A stretch of DNA of 64,000 bases from Lama glama (Eukaryota), in assembly GCA_028534125.1 (NCBI GenBank), contig CM052816.1, forward strand, positions 77,750,001-77,814,000. The letters are read 5' to 3'. Every line of letters starts with the position of its first letter. Position 1 is the first letter of the stretch. Made by a program: the position numbers and the translations under genes. Below the pieces are notes generated by a model. It made no database searches, was not told where the DNA came from, and worked only from the letters and a program-made list of their open reading frames with translations. Shown in pieces: positions 37,140 to 51,491 of the stretch.

Positions 37140-37590
37140 GAGTCACTGCTGGTGCCCACATGTCTCCCCTCAGCCCTGAATCTACTCACTCAAGGCTGCT
37201 CACTGCAAACACCTGCTGTTTCTGCTGGACAGTTTTCCCCCCTGACCACAGGAACCTGTTTGGCCCATGCACAGAGCAAGCGAGAAGCTCCAGAGTTAAT
37301 GCTCCCAGGAACAGCCCTCAACTAAGGATTAACAGGGAATGGGAATCCAAATATCCCAGCATCCTCACTCTTCAGTCAGAAGGACTCTGAGGCGGGTTCC
37401 ACAGAGCATCCAGAGTTTCCCAGAGGTCCTGAGCACTAGTTGCCCACAGGGACTAGTTAATACACCTTTCACTGACTTCCCCCCTCCCCACCACAATTCC
37501 TCACTCTCCCACCAGTATGTCACCCAAATAAACTACTTTTACTTAAATCTTTGTGGCAGGTTTGCATCTAGGGGTATCTGAACCAGGATA
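37140..37590. mobile_element. LTR16-like ERVL LTR
   Basis: cagccctcaactaaggattaacagggaatgg..cccaaataaactacttt pattern. Confidence 0.6.
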
Positions 37591-38007
37591 AGGCTCAATA
37601 AATTGCAAGGGAGAAAAGTCAGAGTTCTGTTAGAAAAGAGAAAGGGAAAGACTGGAAAGCACTAGGAAGTCAACCAATGAATGCCCTCTATAGCCATTAC
37701 TGTTTCCTCTCTTTCAATTAATTAATAAGACAACTGTGTTTTCTCCTACAGTTCTGTTAAACTGACAAGAGCACAGCATTGCCTGGCAGATCAGAAAGCA
37801 TACACAGGGGGTTCCAGTTTTGCTACACCCTCCCCTACCTGTTATGTTTCTTTAAGCAAGTAATTTCCCTTCATCATATCTCAAGTCCCTACTTAATAAA
37901 GGCTGAGACTAATGATCCTTGTCCCTGTAGAGTATGACTCCAGGAAAGCAGAGTATGGCATAAGGCAGATTCATCTTAAACCTCTTTCCAAGTGGGTCTC
38001 TTGTTAA

Positions 38008-39995
38008 CTATATATAGAAAACCCTAAAAGGTCCACACAAAAACTACTAGAACTAATCAAAGAATTCAGCAAGGTAGCAGGTTACAAGATTAATGTTAAA
38101 AAAAATCAGTTGCATTTCTTTACACTAATGATGAATCAACAGGAAAAGAAACAATCCCCTTTAAAATAGCACCCAAAGTAATAAAATACCTAGGAATAAA
38201 TCTGATCAAGGAGGTGAAACACTTATACATGGAAAACTATAAAACACTGATTAAGGAAATTAAAGAAGACTTGAAAAAATGGAAAAATATCCCATGCTCC
38301 TGGATTGGAAGAATCAATATTGTTAAAATGGTCATACTGCCCAAAGCAATCTACAGATTTAATTCAATCCCTATCAAATTACCCAGGACATATTTCACAG
38401 AACTAGAACAAATCATAATAAAATTTATATGGAACCACAAAAGACCTAGAATTGCCAAAGCATTACTGAAGAAAAAGAAAGAGGCTGGAGGAATAACTCT
38501 CCCAGACTTCAGACAATACTACAGAACTACAGTCATCAAGACAGCATGGTATTGGTACAAAAGCAGATATATGGACCAATGGAATAGAACAGAGAGCCCA
38601 GAAATGAACCCACAAACTTTTGGTCAACTAATCTTCAACAAAGGAGGCAAGAATANNNNNNNNNNNNNNNNNNNNNNNNNNNNNNNNNNNNNNNNNNNNN
38701 NNNNNNNNNNNNNNNNNNNNNNNNNNNNNNNNNNNNNNNNNNNNNNNNNNNNNNNNNNNNNNNNNNNNNNNNNNNNNNNNNNNNNNNNNNNNNNNNNNNN
38801 NNNNNNNNNNNNNNNNNNNNNNNNNNNNNNNNNNNNNNNNNNNNNNNNNNNNNNNNNNNNNNNNNNNNNNNNNNNNNNNNNNNNNNNNNNNNNNNNNNNN
38901 NNNNNNNNNNNNNNNNNNNNNNNNNNNNNNNNNNNNNNNNNNNNNNNNNNNNNNNNNNNNNNNNNNNNNNNNNNNNNNNNNNNNNNNNNNNNNNNNNNNN
39001 NNNNNNNNNNNNNNNNNNNNNNNNNNNNNNNNNNNNNNNNNNNNNNNNNNNNNNNNNNNNNNNNNNNNNNNNNNNNNNNNNNNNNNNNNNNNNNNNNNNN
39101 NNNNNNNNNNNNNNNNNNNNNNNNNNNNNNNNNNNNNNNNNNNNNNNNNNNNNNNCAAAACTACAATGAGGTATCACCTCACACCAGTCAGAATGGCCAT
39201 CATTCAAAAGTCCACAAATGACAAATGCTGGAGAGGCTGTGGAGAAAAGGGAACCCTCCTACACTGCTGATGGGAATGCAGTTTGGTGCAGCCACTGTGG
39301 AAAACAGTATGGAGATTCCTCAAAAGACTAGGAATTGACTTACCACATGACCCAGGAATCCCACTCCTGGGCATATATCCAGAAAGAAGCCTACTTCAGA
39401 AAGATACCTGCACCCCAATGTTCATAGCAGCACTATTTACAATAGCCAAGACATGGAAACAGCCTAAATGTCCATCAACAGATGACTGGATAAAGAAGAG
39501 GCAGTATATTTATACAATGGAATACTATCCAGCCATAAAAAGCAACAACATAACGCCATTTGTAGCAACATAGATGTCCCTGGAGAATGTCATTCTAAGT
39601 GAAGCAAGCCAGAAAGAGAAAGAAAAATACCATATGAGATTGCTCATATGGAATCTAACAAAACAAAACAAAAGAAAGAACATAAATACCAAATAGAAAC
39701 AGACTCATAGACATAGGATACAAACTTGTGGTTGCCAAGGGGGAGGGGGTGGAAAGGGACAGACTGGGAGTTCAATATTTTTAGATACTGATAGGCATAT
39801 GTAGAATAGATAAACAAGATTATACTGTATAGCACAGGGAAATACATACAAGATCTTGCTGTAGCTCACAGCGAAAAAGAATGTGACAATGAATCTATGT
39901 ATGTTCATGTATAACTGAAAAATTGTGCTCCACACTGGAAATTGACACAACATTGTAAACTGACTATAACTCAATAAAAAAAGTTTTTAAAAAAA
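38008..39995 (+). mobile_element. 5'-truncated, relatively young L1 (ORF2 C-terminal part, 3'UTR, A-tail), spanning gap 38656-39155
   Basis: ORF 38214.. [30 protein letters not shown] and 39283.. CTPMFIAALFTIAKTWKQPKCPS are L1 ORF2. aataaa plus A-tail near 39972-39995. Confidence 0.97.
38656..39155. other. Assembly gap (500 N)
   Basis: Direct. Confidence 1.
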
Positions 39996-39996
39996 G

Positions 39997-40380
39997 ATGA
40001 AGCATACATATACAATGGAATATTATTCAGCCATGAAGAAGAAGGAAGTCTTGCCATTTGCTACAACTTGGATGAAACTTGAGAGCATTATGCAAAGTGA
40101 AGTAAGTCAGAGAAAGACAAATAAGTATGATCTTACTTATGTGTGGAATCTAAAAAAGCCAAACAGAGAAACAGTAGATCAGTGATCAGTAGGCTTGGGA
40201 GGGGAAGGGGGAGACTGGGGAGATATTGGTCAAAGGGTACAAACTTCCAGTTATCAGATTAACAGATTCTGGGGATATAATGTACAGAATGGTGATTATA
40301 GCTACTAATAATATATTCTTGAATGTTGCTAAAAGAGTAAATCTTAAATGCTTTCACCACAGAAAAGCAATGGTCATTAA
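39997..40380 (+). mobile_element. Older L1 3'-end fragment
   Basis: YTMEYYSAMKKKEVLPFATTWMKLESIMQSEVSQ, followed by ggtcaaagggtacaaacttccagttat. Confidence 0.9.
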
Positions 40381-42736
40381 AAACACAATCTTTAACCATT
40401 CTGGAGGAGCTGAGAAATGGTTCCCCTAATGAGGTAATGAGATCAGTCTTGCTGAGCCCCCAGCATGAGTGGCCTATCTGAGGTAAGCTTTCCCCCATCT
40501 CTTCCAGAACATTTTGCCATTGCCTCTGGATGGCAGAGAAACAATCCACTGGAAAAACCATCCTGTGTCTCCAGCAAGCAAAGGCAGTGCTTCCCAAGTG
40601 TTGCAGGACACATCCTTCCAGTTCTCCTTTGTTCTCTGAGTATAAGCAGATGTTAGAGATTCTTCTCGTTATCTTGGGACACTGTATAATATTATTATGG
40701 TGTCAGGCTATTAGAGGCAACAAATGCTATACAACAACAGCTTTAATTGAGGCTTAGAGATGAACTGTAAATATGTAACCTTACTTGGGGGTGTTTGCAA
40801 ATGCTTTCTGGAAACAGTTAAAAAAAAATGTTCTCAATTGTTCGAACAACAGCTTGCCCTGCCAAGATCAAGTAAAAGCTTCTTAAGATATGGGCACCAT
40901 AAACATATTTCTTAAGATTTCTTTTTTTCTTTTTCTTTTTTTTTTTTTTTTGCCAGAAGCACAGCAAAATCTGTGAGCCAGAAAGCCTCACGCATGCCAC
41001 TTCCTGGACTCTTTCAGAGAAAAACTAATGAAACACTGCAAAAGTTGCACTCAGATCTACCGTGATCTCACGGCCACAGAATTCCACTTTTTCTTTGAAG
41101 TTACTTTACTACGATAATAATTATCTGTCCATGAGTCTGGACTTGGCACTGGCCTATCCCTAGGGATGGGGATTTGGGTATAGGCAACAACAGCACATCT
41201 TCAGCAGGGAAGCTCCTGACGTAGAAGGCTGCCCATCAATCTTAGCTGACACACTTGTCACCGTCCATGCAAAGAGGCTGGTCCTGAGCTCCCCAGGGTG
41301 AATTACAACCCTCAAACATTTGGTGGAGGCAGATTATGATTCTGAAGTACAGGATAAAAGACAGAAAAACCTGGGTCATTTGAGATTGGTTCCAGGCAGA
41401 AACTGTTAAACAACAGTCAGAGTCTCTTTTACTGGACAGAGTAAAAGAAAACAGAAACTGAACACTTTGAAAAGTACATTCAGAACGGAATCCAGAGTGC
41501 AGAGGCAAGTTATCCAGGCTGTGGATTATGCAGGCCACTTTGTCCAAAGTCTGATCCCAAAGAATTGACTCTGATGGATTTTTCTTTGTATGACTTGTTA
41601 TCATGTGCACAAGAAAGGGACACCTTAAGATTTTGTTGCTTGTGGGTAACAATAATCAAAAGTTGTGTGAAAAACCTAGAAAAATAAGGGATTATAAAAT
41701 CTCAGTAATATAGATACTGCATCCAGAATTTAGGATCCTTCTATCATTATTGTCTTTCCAAAGAAATTAACAATGAATAATGGCAGGAGGGTGAGTTTAA
41801 GCAATTTACTTCATTATAATTCCATATCCTTCAGCAGGGGATGGGGAAGAGGTGAGGGCTAAATTTTAATTATTATCATGTAATTGCACAGCAAGAGCTA
41901 TAAACTACCGTATTTGCCATGAAAATACTGTTTACCTAAATAAAACTGCACCTCTCTGAGAAGCAAATCTATAATTCAAATACTGTAAGTTCATTTAGGT
42001 TTATTCCCCAACTCCATCCTCAAATCCAGCAACAAGTCTAGTTTAATGAAGTGTTTACTGTATTAAATAGATGTGATTTAGCCAGTGTGGTTTTCATTTC
42101 TCTTCATTTCCCATGACCAAAACTGGCATATGTAAGTAAGATTTTAATGTCAAGGTACCTTTGGCAAGTAAAAGGGAATGCCCAGCACTTTGCAGGGTCC
42201 ACATTTTCTCTGGGATATCCTCTCCTTAATAATAACAGAAATATTATTCAGATTTCTCAATTTATTTTTTAAAATTCTACTTGGGGCGCAAGACTGAAAT
42301 TGGGACCAAAATTTCAAAAGAAAGCCAAAATGGATAAGAAGCTATGGCAATGTATTTATAATAGTGATTATAAACATGGCCAGACCTAGGTTCTTAAGCT
42401 TGGCTCCACCACTTACTGACTATGAAACTGTGCAAGTTCCTTAACTTCTCTGAGCCTTGTTACCCACGTCTACTACGTGGGTGTAGCACTATCTACTTCA
42501 CAAGAGTTATTGAAGGGACAGAAAGAGATTACTTGTGCATACACTTGCCACAAATCTGGCCATATAGCATTTTATTTAACATGTTTAGTAGTGACAGGCA
42601 CTATTGTAAGTGAAATAAATTTAAAAACTGGGATTTGAACCCCAGGCAGCCTGGGTCTAAACCACTATTCTGAGCAGCTACAATATGCAGTCAAATGGGA
42701 ACACATAAACAGTAATGATTATTGCTGAATTAAGGT

Positions 42737-43410
42737 TGTATCTGTTAGCTATTGCTATATAACAAAATATCCCAAAGCATAGTGGCTTAAAATAATAACA
42801 CAGTAATTCTCACTGGTTTATATGTCAGCTGGGCAGTTCTGCTGATCTTGGCTAGGCTCACTTGTGAGTCTGTGGACAGTTGGCAGGTTGGCTAGAGGCA
42901 GACTGGTCTTGGATGGCCTCAGATGACCTGAATCTTCTCTATGCGTCTTTTACAGTCTTTTAATGGGCTAGTATGGTCATGATCTCACAGTTATGGCAAA
43001 GATGCAATAGCAGCAAAGATTGAGTCCAGAATGCATACTTTGTACCACATTTATTAACATCCCATTGGCCAAAACAAGGCATGCAGCTGACCACAGAGTC
43101 AAGAGCTGGGTCAAACTGCCTCTCCCAAAGTAGGAGGAGTGGAAACTTGGGGCTTTCATTTTATTTTCTTAATTGATATACAGTTAGTTACAACGTGTCA
43201 ACATGTGGTGTACAGCATAATGTCCGAGTCATGCATATATATATACATATATTTGCTTTCATATTATTTTCATTAGTTATTCCAAGATATTAAATATAGT
43301 TCCCCATGCTATACAGAAAAAATCTGTTTTTTATCTAGCTTTATATATAGTGATTAACATTTGCAAATCTCGAAGGAAACTTGGGGCTTTCAATGCAGTT
43401 AATCTACTGC
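42737..43410. mobile_element. MaLR LTR containing a nested short L1 3' end (43159-43374, minus) with 18-bp TSD
   Basis: TSD ggaaacttggggctttca at 43141-43158 and 43375-43392. Host starts tgtatctgttagctattgctatataacaaa. Confidence 0.85.
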
Positions 43411-46261
43411 AGAAACATGCAGAATTATAGAGGCAGCAGAATTAAACCTGAAGAATGAATTCTTTAAACAAATATCTTGTCAAAAACCTACCCAAACCCA
43501 TGAGGAATAAACATGCCTAAATTTTTTTATAAATGCTTAATAAAATACAATATTAAGTTAATTTATTAACATTTGACTAGGACTTTAACATAAGTGACAC
43601 CATATATATTTTTACATGTAATCCTCATAACACACCATAGAGAAGGTAAGGCAGAAAGAGTTTCAGGTGCCAGCTTCCCTCTAGTTATTTTTACAATGTG
43701 GATTATACTAGTAAAAACTGGCAAATTTTGTAATACCATACCTTATTAAGAGAGAGCAAATTGGTTATAATGAGAATCACTCCTACTGATCATAATGATG
43801 GTTGTGATGACTTCAAATTCAATTTGTAAAACATTTCATTAAATTAAAAATTTAGACCTGACATTTCTGGGTTAAAAGCCAAGATATTATTTTAGGACAT
43901 GAGGTAAAATGATTTTGCTGTTAATATGAGTATAGCTCTAAAATATAGAGAGAAACCTTTTTATGTAGATGGCATTTAGAGATAAGAATAACCATCATAA
44001 TACTTCTCTTTTACAGCAAAAGGAGATACTATATGCACACTCTGAGCAAGAGGAAGATCCTTCAACAAGAAATATTTGAATGTGTGTAGTGGACACCACT
44101 GACAAGATGTATAAGCTTGGATAAATTATTTATCCTCTCTCTACCTTAGTGTTCTCATCTGTAAAATGGGAGTAATAACGGTGCTTACTTAATAAGGCTT
44201 CTATGAAACAAACAGGATCAAATGATATACTATATGTTGTAAAGTATTTATAGTAACATCCAGAACACAGCACGCAGTAACAGTTTCAATCATCCTCACT
44301 ATTAAAGCAACACACTTTATGGCAAGGTTTTACTCCACTATCTGTCTGCTCTTAACTTAGTCCCTCTGGTTAATTATATATAGAATTTAAACTAACCAAA
44401 CTGTATTTGCACTTTACAGAATCTAAAGCCTCCAATTAAGGAGATGTACAGATGCATGTCTTTCATTGATCAGATGGAGACATTTTCCATGGAGGTACAA
44501 TCACAGCTTCAGGGGACGCTAAACAACCATCAGGGAAAAGGGAAGCAGAGTTTCAGAGAGGTGAGTATGAAATCAGGGAATTCCTAGATACTGTGTAAAC
44601 GCCTGGGGCTATCGTGGGCTGAGAACAGGTGGGCGCTGAAGGGAATCCGAGAGCTGAGAAAGGTGATGTAACAGGAAGGGCCTGGTTTAAGGGGGGACTG
44701 CAAACGCCAGGAACCACACAATTCCTAGAGCACACCCTATGCCACTCAGTTAGGCAGCCAGAATTTTCAGCTCAATCTATTGGAGAGTTTTCTCTTGATG
44801 AAGAAATCTCCAAATAGGAATGGAAAATAATGTTTGCCTTATAATAAATGTTTGCTGGAATGTCTCTGCCGAGTATACTGAGGGAGGCCTACTGACTTTT
44901 CTAAGAATGTATGTGATGCATGAAAAAGGAGTACTGTAGAAACTCTTTAGCATATATGAGGCAAGACAAAGAACAGAGGTATTTTGAGAATTAGGACAAC
45001 ACCTATTTGCTTTAAACAGAATCGTAAAGTTGTCAGCAAGTAATTAAGAAAAGGCACCACTGAAATGAAACTTGGCTCTAAACATTTGTTACTACTTTAA
45101 AAACACTCAAAAAGTTATCTAGAACCCAGCAAATTGAATGTGTTGGAATGTGTCCATTCCCACTTAGAAGGACCACTGAATACCTGCAGGAGGCACCCAA
45201 CCTTCAGCCAACGGTTACTTTGCACAGAGCCCCTCGCCAGCACTCCTTGTCTAAGAGGGCTAGTCCAAATTGGTGAAAGTCTGAACGAGAAAATATTTTT
45301 GATGAAATTATTTTATAGGAACATATGCTAAGATACAGCAAAATATGCTTTTTCCAGCAATGAAGCTAATATCTACCTTAATTAAGTATAATTTATAATT
45401 AGTCTATTATATATATGCAAAGATATTAAATTGATGTCACTGGAAGAATCCTTTAAAAGTTTGTTCTTTCGAGTAATCTCAATTTCCTCACTGGGATCTA
45501 TTTTTATAAGTTCATTTGCACCAAGTTCTGAGTGGTAGTAGTGTTTGGTGGAGTTTTTGGGGTTTTTTTCCAGTGTGTTTTGGTGAGAAAGGAAAAGCAA
45601 ACACTAGCCCAGCCATGTCTATCCTGTTCTGAATTCCCCTCTAATGGGATCTGAATTGAAAGAGATTTTACCTCTGTAAAGGTCTTTGACAGTGATCGTC
45701 CGATGTGGTTCTGAACAGAGACAGGACACAGAAAGCAGTGAGAAGGGAGTGGAAGGAGACCGGAGACGGAAAGGATACCGCCAGCCAATTCTGCTTGTTC
45801 TTGGGAGCTCCAGCTTGGAGTGGAGTCACTCACCCCAGGGAAAGAAAACCTCAAGGCTCCAAACACACAGGAACCATTTCAGTCATTCACGTATATTCAA
45901 GAAACATTTACAGAGAACCTAATATTAACCAAGTACTGCGCGAAGCAGTAAGAATAGTTGTTCCAGTGATTCCAAAGAGCAGTATTATCATGGCCCTGAG
46001 CCTCCAGGGGCCACAGTACAGCAAGGAATATAAATGCAGAAACCAGTCCTGATGATCTGCAGTAGGTGAGGTAATGCTAGTTGCTATAACAAGCAATCCT
46101 CCCAAATCTCAGTGACCGATGTTTCTTTCTTGCTCATGTAACATGATGCAGGCGTCTCTGACTAGCTGGCAGCTCTCTATCAAAATGTGATTGAAAGACC
46201 AAGGTTTATTCCATCTTGTGGCTTCAGCATCATCAATACTTGGTCCCCAAAGTTACATTAC

Positions 46262-46680
46262 AGACACAAATTGCCAATATCAGGAATGAAAGGAGGATAA
46301 TCACCACAAACCTTATATATCAAATGGATAAGAAATGAACATTATGAAAAACTTTATGCCAACAAATTCCATGACTTAGATGAAACGAACAAATTCTTGA
46401 AAAATACATCTTACCAATTCTGAGGCAAAATGAAGTAAAAAAAATTTGAATAGCCATATAGCTATTAAATAAATTGAATTTATTATTCAAAACTTTGCCA
46501 CAAACAAAACCCTAGGCCCCGATGGTTTCGCTGGTGAATTCTACTGAATATTTACAGAAAAAATAATTACAGTGTTACACAAACTGTTTTAGAAAATAAA
46601 GGAAAAGGAAATACTGCCCAACAAATTGTATGAGGCCAGCATAACCTGAATATTTCAATTTATAAAGACAGCATAAAAAT
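46262..46680 (+). mobile_element. Old L1 ORF2 internal fragment within MaLR-like sequence (~46060-46820)
   Basis: tatgccaacaaatt..ttagatgaaa..ggccccgatggtttcgctggtgaattctac..tatgaggccagcataacc. Confidence 0.85.
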
Positions 46681-49139
46681 GATACAGAATTTCAAGGGGC
46701 ATCACCTCCATTTCAGCCAGTTGGAAGGGGAAACCAGCATAGATGATTTCACATGAAAAGCTTCCTTAGGGCCAGGCCTATGTATGAAATATACTACATC
46801 CTCTCGTATTCCTTGAGAAACCAACAATATGTGTAGGGAAAACCCAGACAGACTGCTGGTCTAGCACAAAGGCAAGACTGCGACTGGCAAAATGAAGGAA
46901 TGAATGAATAAACCAGCAGTAAGCTAACGATCTAAATAAGCCCCCTTAAAATTGCATCTACCTAATTCCAGATGAGGTCGTAACTGTGCCAACAATAATG
47001 GTTTACAAATCACTAATAGGCCCTGTTTCAGTTCTAACTTGCGGCTAAAGCACTGGGTGTGTATTTGCTTTCTCTGGGACTTGGCAGCAGGCCTGGCCTA
47101 GAATTGCATGTCACAATCCCAGATCTATGTGAAGCTCCTGGGTTTCTCCTATAGTCACTGAACCTCCCACCACCCCAGTTCACTTCCTTTCTTGTTTCTT
47201 TGAGAAGGTGGGGTACGTGGGAATAGAGGGCGTGGGGGAAGTCCAGAAATCTATCCTAGCAAATTTGATGATAAACACTGTGTGGTCTCCCTGTAGATAT
47301 GAAAAGCTGGTAAATTTGTTTTAAAGGACAGGAAACTTGTCTCATTTCAATGGATGCCACATGCCTCCGCCACTAAACCCTCTTCCGTGTCCCATAGATC
47401 TGTTTTTCCTTATTTACACTCTCCATCCTACTGTCTCTTTCCTCATTTCCTGACCTACCACAGAATATCCTGTCTACCTCTAAAGAGCTGAAAGGAACGT
47501 AAGCTTTCTGGAGGTTTCTGAGCATGGCTCAAACCCAGACTGTCATTCTCTGAAAATCAAGGTGACTGTTTCCACCAAACACCAGCAGCGCCATTCGGAG
47601 AGGAGGTATATCACCACGGAGAAGAAACGTGAAAACCCGGCTGCTGAACAAAATGGTGTGCGAAGATGTTTCCCATGTCCTTACACCTCCTGTATGATTT
47701 CTTCGGTCACCCGATTGCATCTGCAGGCATAATGAGTGAGGATTTCCACCGGTCTTCCCCATCCTCCACCACCACCACCACCTCCACTCTCCACATCTCT
47801 CTGGGTCACAGCCTCCCTGAGACCACACCCACTCTCCAGCAGAATCACTGAGCATCTTTGTGAAGCACCTGGAAGAGCCCAGCCTGAAGGCAGAAAAATG
47901 CCCTTTCAGCCGCCGCTGACATTTTATCCTGGTGGTGAGTTTACCTTCAGAAAATATTCTACGTTCAAAACCAACAATTTAGCATTGAACTTGTATTTTA
48001 TTGTTTCTAATATATATTAGGTTCCTCTCCCCAGTGAAATTTTAAGTTCCTTGGGGGCAAATCACGTTTAATGCTGCTTTGGCACTTCCACAGCCCCTTA
48101 TATGGCCTTGCACGTGACACGTTCTCAATAAATATACAGTGATTTGATTTAGATCAAACAAGGCTGCCATCGCCAGTTAAAAGGCAACCACCCTGAGAAA
48201 GACAATACTGTAAGCCTGTTGTATCATTAAACACTTGCATTTGAACTGTTCTTGCAATGGGGTTTGGGTTGGGACTAACAGAGAGAGAGAAAAACGCAGT
48301 ACTGAGAAGAAGCGGCAGGGAGAAGAGAAACCCCTCCTCAAGTGGGGTAAACGGAAAGTTCAGGGAGGCTGGGACTACTCTTTACACTGATGGGACTACC
48401 AGAGTTCGGAGGAAAAACCGCTCCATCGTGGTTAGAATTGTCAGAAAAGACTTTGTGGAGGAAAGAGGACTTCTTGAGGGAATATAATTTGATTACGCGG
48501 AAAAGGCAGAGAGTGTTTCTGGGGGAACAGAAGAAGCAAAGGCCAGGAAGCATGACAGAGTTTGCAAAAGTCAGGGCCTTGATGAGACGGTGCTGGCTTA
48601 TGGCAAGAATGCCGGGGTCAGGGGTGGGAAGCATGATGGGAGAGTTATTGTGAAGCCCATTTATGGGGAACTCGAAAGCTAGACATGCGAGATGGAAGCC
48701 ACCATAGGTTCTAAAGCCGGGGAAGGCCCTGGTGAGAGTCTTATCTGGGGAAGATTCCCCCCATGGGTAACTGCGACTTAACCTGTTACTATTTCCATAT
48801 TCAGTTTCCTTGTGAGATCAAGTGCAGTTTAATCAATCAGCGTTCTAGTCTTTCTAAGCTCAGCCTGAACCAAAACCACGTTGACTGTTCCCCTTCTGGC
48901 CTCAAACCAACCTTTCCTCACAGCCCAGTCCTACTTTTAGAGTCCCCTATAGCATAGCATATTTTTATTCATTATTTGTACAGTGCTTTTTATTTTTCTC
49001 ATTTTATAGCATCTAAGCAAGCTAGGGAAGACCAGGTTAGAAATTTCTCATATAGCATCAGTGTTGGAAAAAAAAAATAGTTATTCATTTAGCTACTGCC
49101 ACACTAGTGCTGTCCAAAAAAAAAAAACAAATGCACCAG

Positions 49140-49560
49140 CCACTGGGATACGCATATGAATAGGACACCCACAAAGAAGAACGGCAACCACATAGAAATG
49201 GCATCTGAGGCTTTATAAGAAGTTCCACAGCTTCTGCTGGAGCCTTTGGGAGCATTTGCTCTTGGAACCCAACCACCACGCTATAAGGAAGCCCAAGCAA
49301 ATGGGCCCATGTGGCGAGGAACCAAGACCCCCAGCTGACAGCCCCAGCTGAGCGCCAACTTGCTCACAGGATGTGAGTCATTTTGGAAGCAAATCTTCCA
49401 GTCTCAACAGGACCAACCTAGCTGGTACAGTGCAGAACAGAGAGAAGCTGTCCTCACCAAGCACAGCCCAAATGATAGATCTGCAAGTAAAAATAAATGA
49501 CTGTTGTTTTAAGCCACTAACTCTTGGGGGTTATTTGTTACATAGCAATATGTAACTGCA
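49140..49560 (+). mobile_element. MLT1 (MaLR) LTR
   Basis: cttggaacccaaccaccacgctataaggaagcccaag..aataaatgactgttgttttaagccactaa..tagcaata. Confidence 0.85.
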
Positions 49561-50042
49561 ACATATGTGTAGAAATCAACCTTGTTTCTCCTCACACCAT
49601 TTACACACACACCACCCCGACAGACTTCCCTAAGGAACCCATATGGAGCAGGTCTCAGTCCCAAGATCCTCTGCATGCTAATACTGTAATCGGATAATAC
49701 AATCAACGCCTCGGTGAGGTATTCAAATGCCTTCTTCCTGCTAAAAGGTTGGGCTTCTTAAGAAGTCAAGGTAATGAGAACTTCAGGCACCATGGCAATC
49801 TTTAGACAAGACATATTTAGTCAGGATGTCTCAAATTTCAGAGCATGAATAGCTTTTGTTTTGGATCCATACTTAAACCTGACTCTACACCCTGGAGTAT
49901 AGGCCAAACCTTCTACTGGGCAGCTAAACAGACTTCTTTTGTCTTACACACAGGTGAGGGCTGACAGTCCCTCGTAGGGAGGAGACAGGGCAGGAACATG
50001 GGGCCACGAGGGTGATGGGTATTTGTAGCTATTTCTCCTTTA

Positions 50043-50215
50043 GACTAGTGCTTCTGGAGCTTTCATGTACATACAAATCACCCAGGAATATTGTTAAAAT
50101 ACAGATTCTGATTCAGTTGGTCTGAAATGGAGCCTAAACTTTTATATTTCTAACCAAAATCTGGTTGGTGGTCATTTCCGCAAGTCTGTGGACCACAACT
50201 TAAATGGTAAAGATT
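50043..50215. mobile_element. MER5-type DNA transposon
   Basis: aatcaccca..ttgttaaaatacagattctgattcagttggtctg. Confidence 0.7.
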
Positions 50216-50299
50216 TGACCACCATCATTAAGAGTAAGCCTTCAGTACCCCATATATGTAACTAACTCCCTCCAAAGACTGAGCCTGGCAAAACAGTCT

Positions 50300-50535
50300 C
50301 ACCACCCCATCACCATCTTCTCCATCACCTCCACCACCACTCCACTAACACCGCCATCTCCCTCACCCCCACTACCACCAGCACCTCCGTCACCACCACC
50401 ATCACCTCTGCTACCATCTCCAACACTATCACTACCACCACCACCTCTAATAACACCACCACACCCATCACCTCAACTACCACCCCAGTCTCCATCACCA
50501 CTATCACTCACACCACTACCCTCTCCACCACCTCA
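50300..50535. repeat. Degenerate (CAC/CAT)n repeat
   Basis: Direct. Explains the Val-rich ORF 50325..50507. Confidence 0.9.
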
Positions 50536-50843
50536 ATATCGCCCATTAAAAATTATCAGAACTACTTACATGACAGACCATTTATTTATCCAATTAGACT
50601 CTTCCTGGGTACCTAAGAGATGATACAACCAATAGACACAGGCACTGAAATCAAAGACTGTGATCTCTAATCAAATAATAATGATGATCAGCACTGAAGA
50701 TTGGTAGTTCATCATACGCAGTCACTCCCAGCAGGAGACACCAGCTCCTTCTGAAATATGTAGGCCCATCTGATTAAAACAGCTAAAGCACAGGAGATCC
50801 AAGAGCAAGACAAATCCTAATGACATTATAATACAGCTGTTAT

Positions 50844-51491
50844 TGAGACAGGAGGGAAAGGGGCAGGGTACAGCCACTCAAGGAATGGCAACAATTTAAC
50901 ACCAAAATGGTGGAAGATTCACCAAAATGGTGGAAGATTCAACTCCCAGTTGGCCTTAAGGATTAAGAGGTTTGACTTCTAGTAGACCTTGAGCTTCATT
51001 ATACACTCATTGTAACAGCGTGATGAATAACATGCCTGCGGGCGCCATGACAGTCCCAAGGCTAACTGCAAAAGGCCGAAGAATGCACAGGGGCCCCATT
51101 CCTGGGAATCCCAGCCCCTTCCCCAGGGCAGTTGGAATGGTCCCACTTGCAGGCTACTGAGCCCATAAAAACTGACACCACCACGTCTAGCTGCCCTTTT
51201 TCACTCCCTCCTCTTTGGAGACAGCCCACACTGTGTCTATGGAGTGTGTACCTACTTTTACTTTAACCTGAGCACCCAATTCCCACATTTCTTTCCTTGC
51301 CTTTCTCTTGCCTTACCCTCTGTGCAGTATGTATCTCTCTAAATAAATCTACCTTTACTCAACTGTGGCTCGCACTTGAATTCTTTCCTGTGCAAAACCA
51401 AGGACCCACACTTGGTGGGGCACATCCCAGGGGCTCAACCGAAGCCTGGGACATGGGCCTCCTCACGCCCCACATTCGTTTTCCTGCATCA
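50844..51491 (+). mobile_element. Solo LTR, class I (ERV1-type), 648 bp
   Basis: Begins TGAGAC, ends ATCA, 4-bp TSD TTAT (50840-50843 and 51492-51495), AATAAA at 51342. Confidence 0.85.

Noticed and set aside
50325..50507. Val/Glu-rich ORF
   Set aside because: Translation of a (CAC)n low-complexity repeat.
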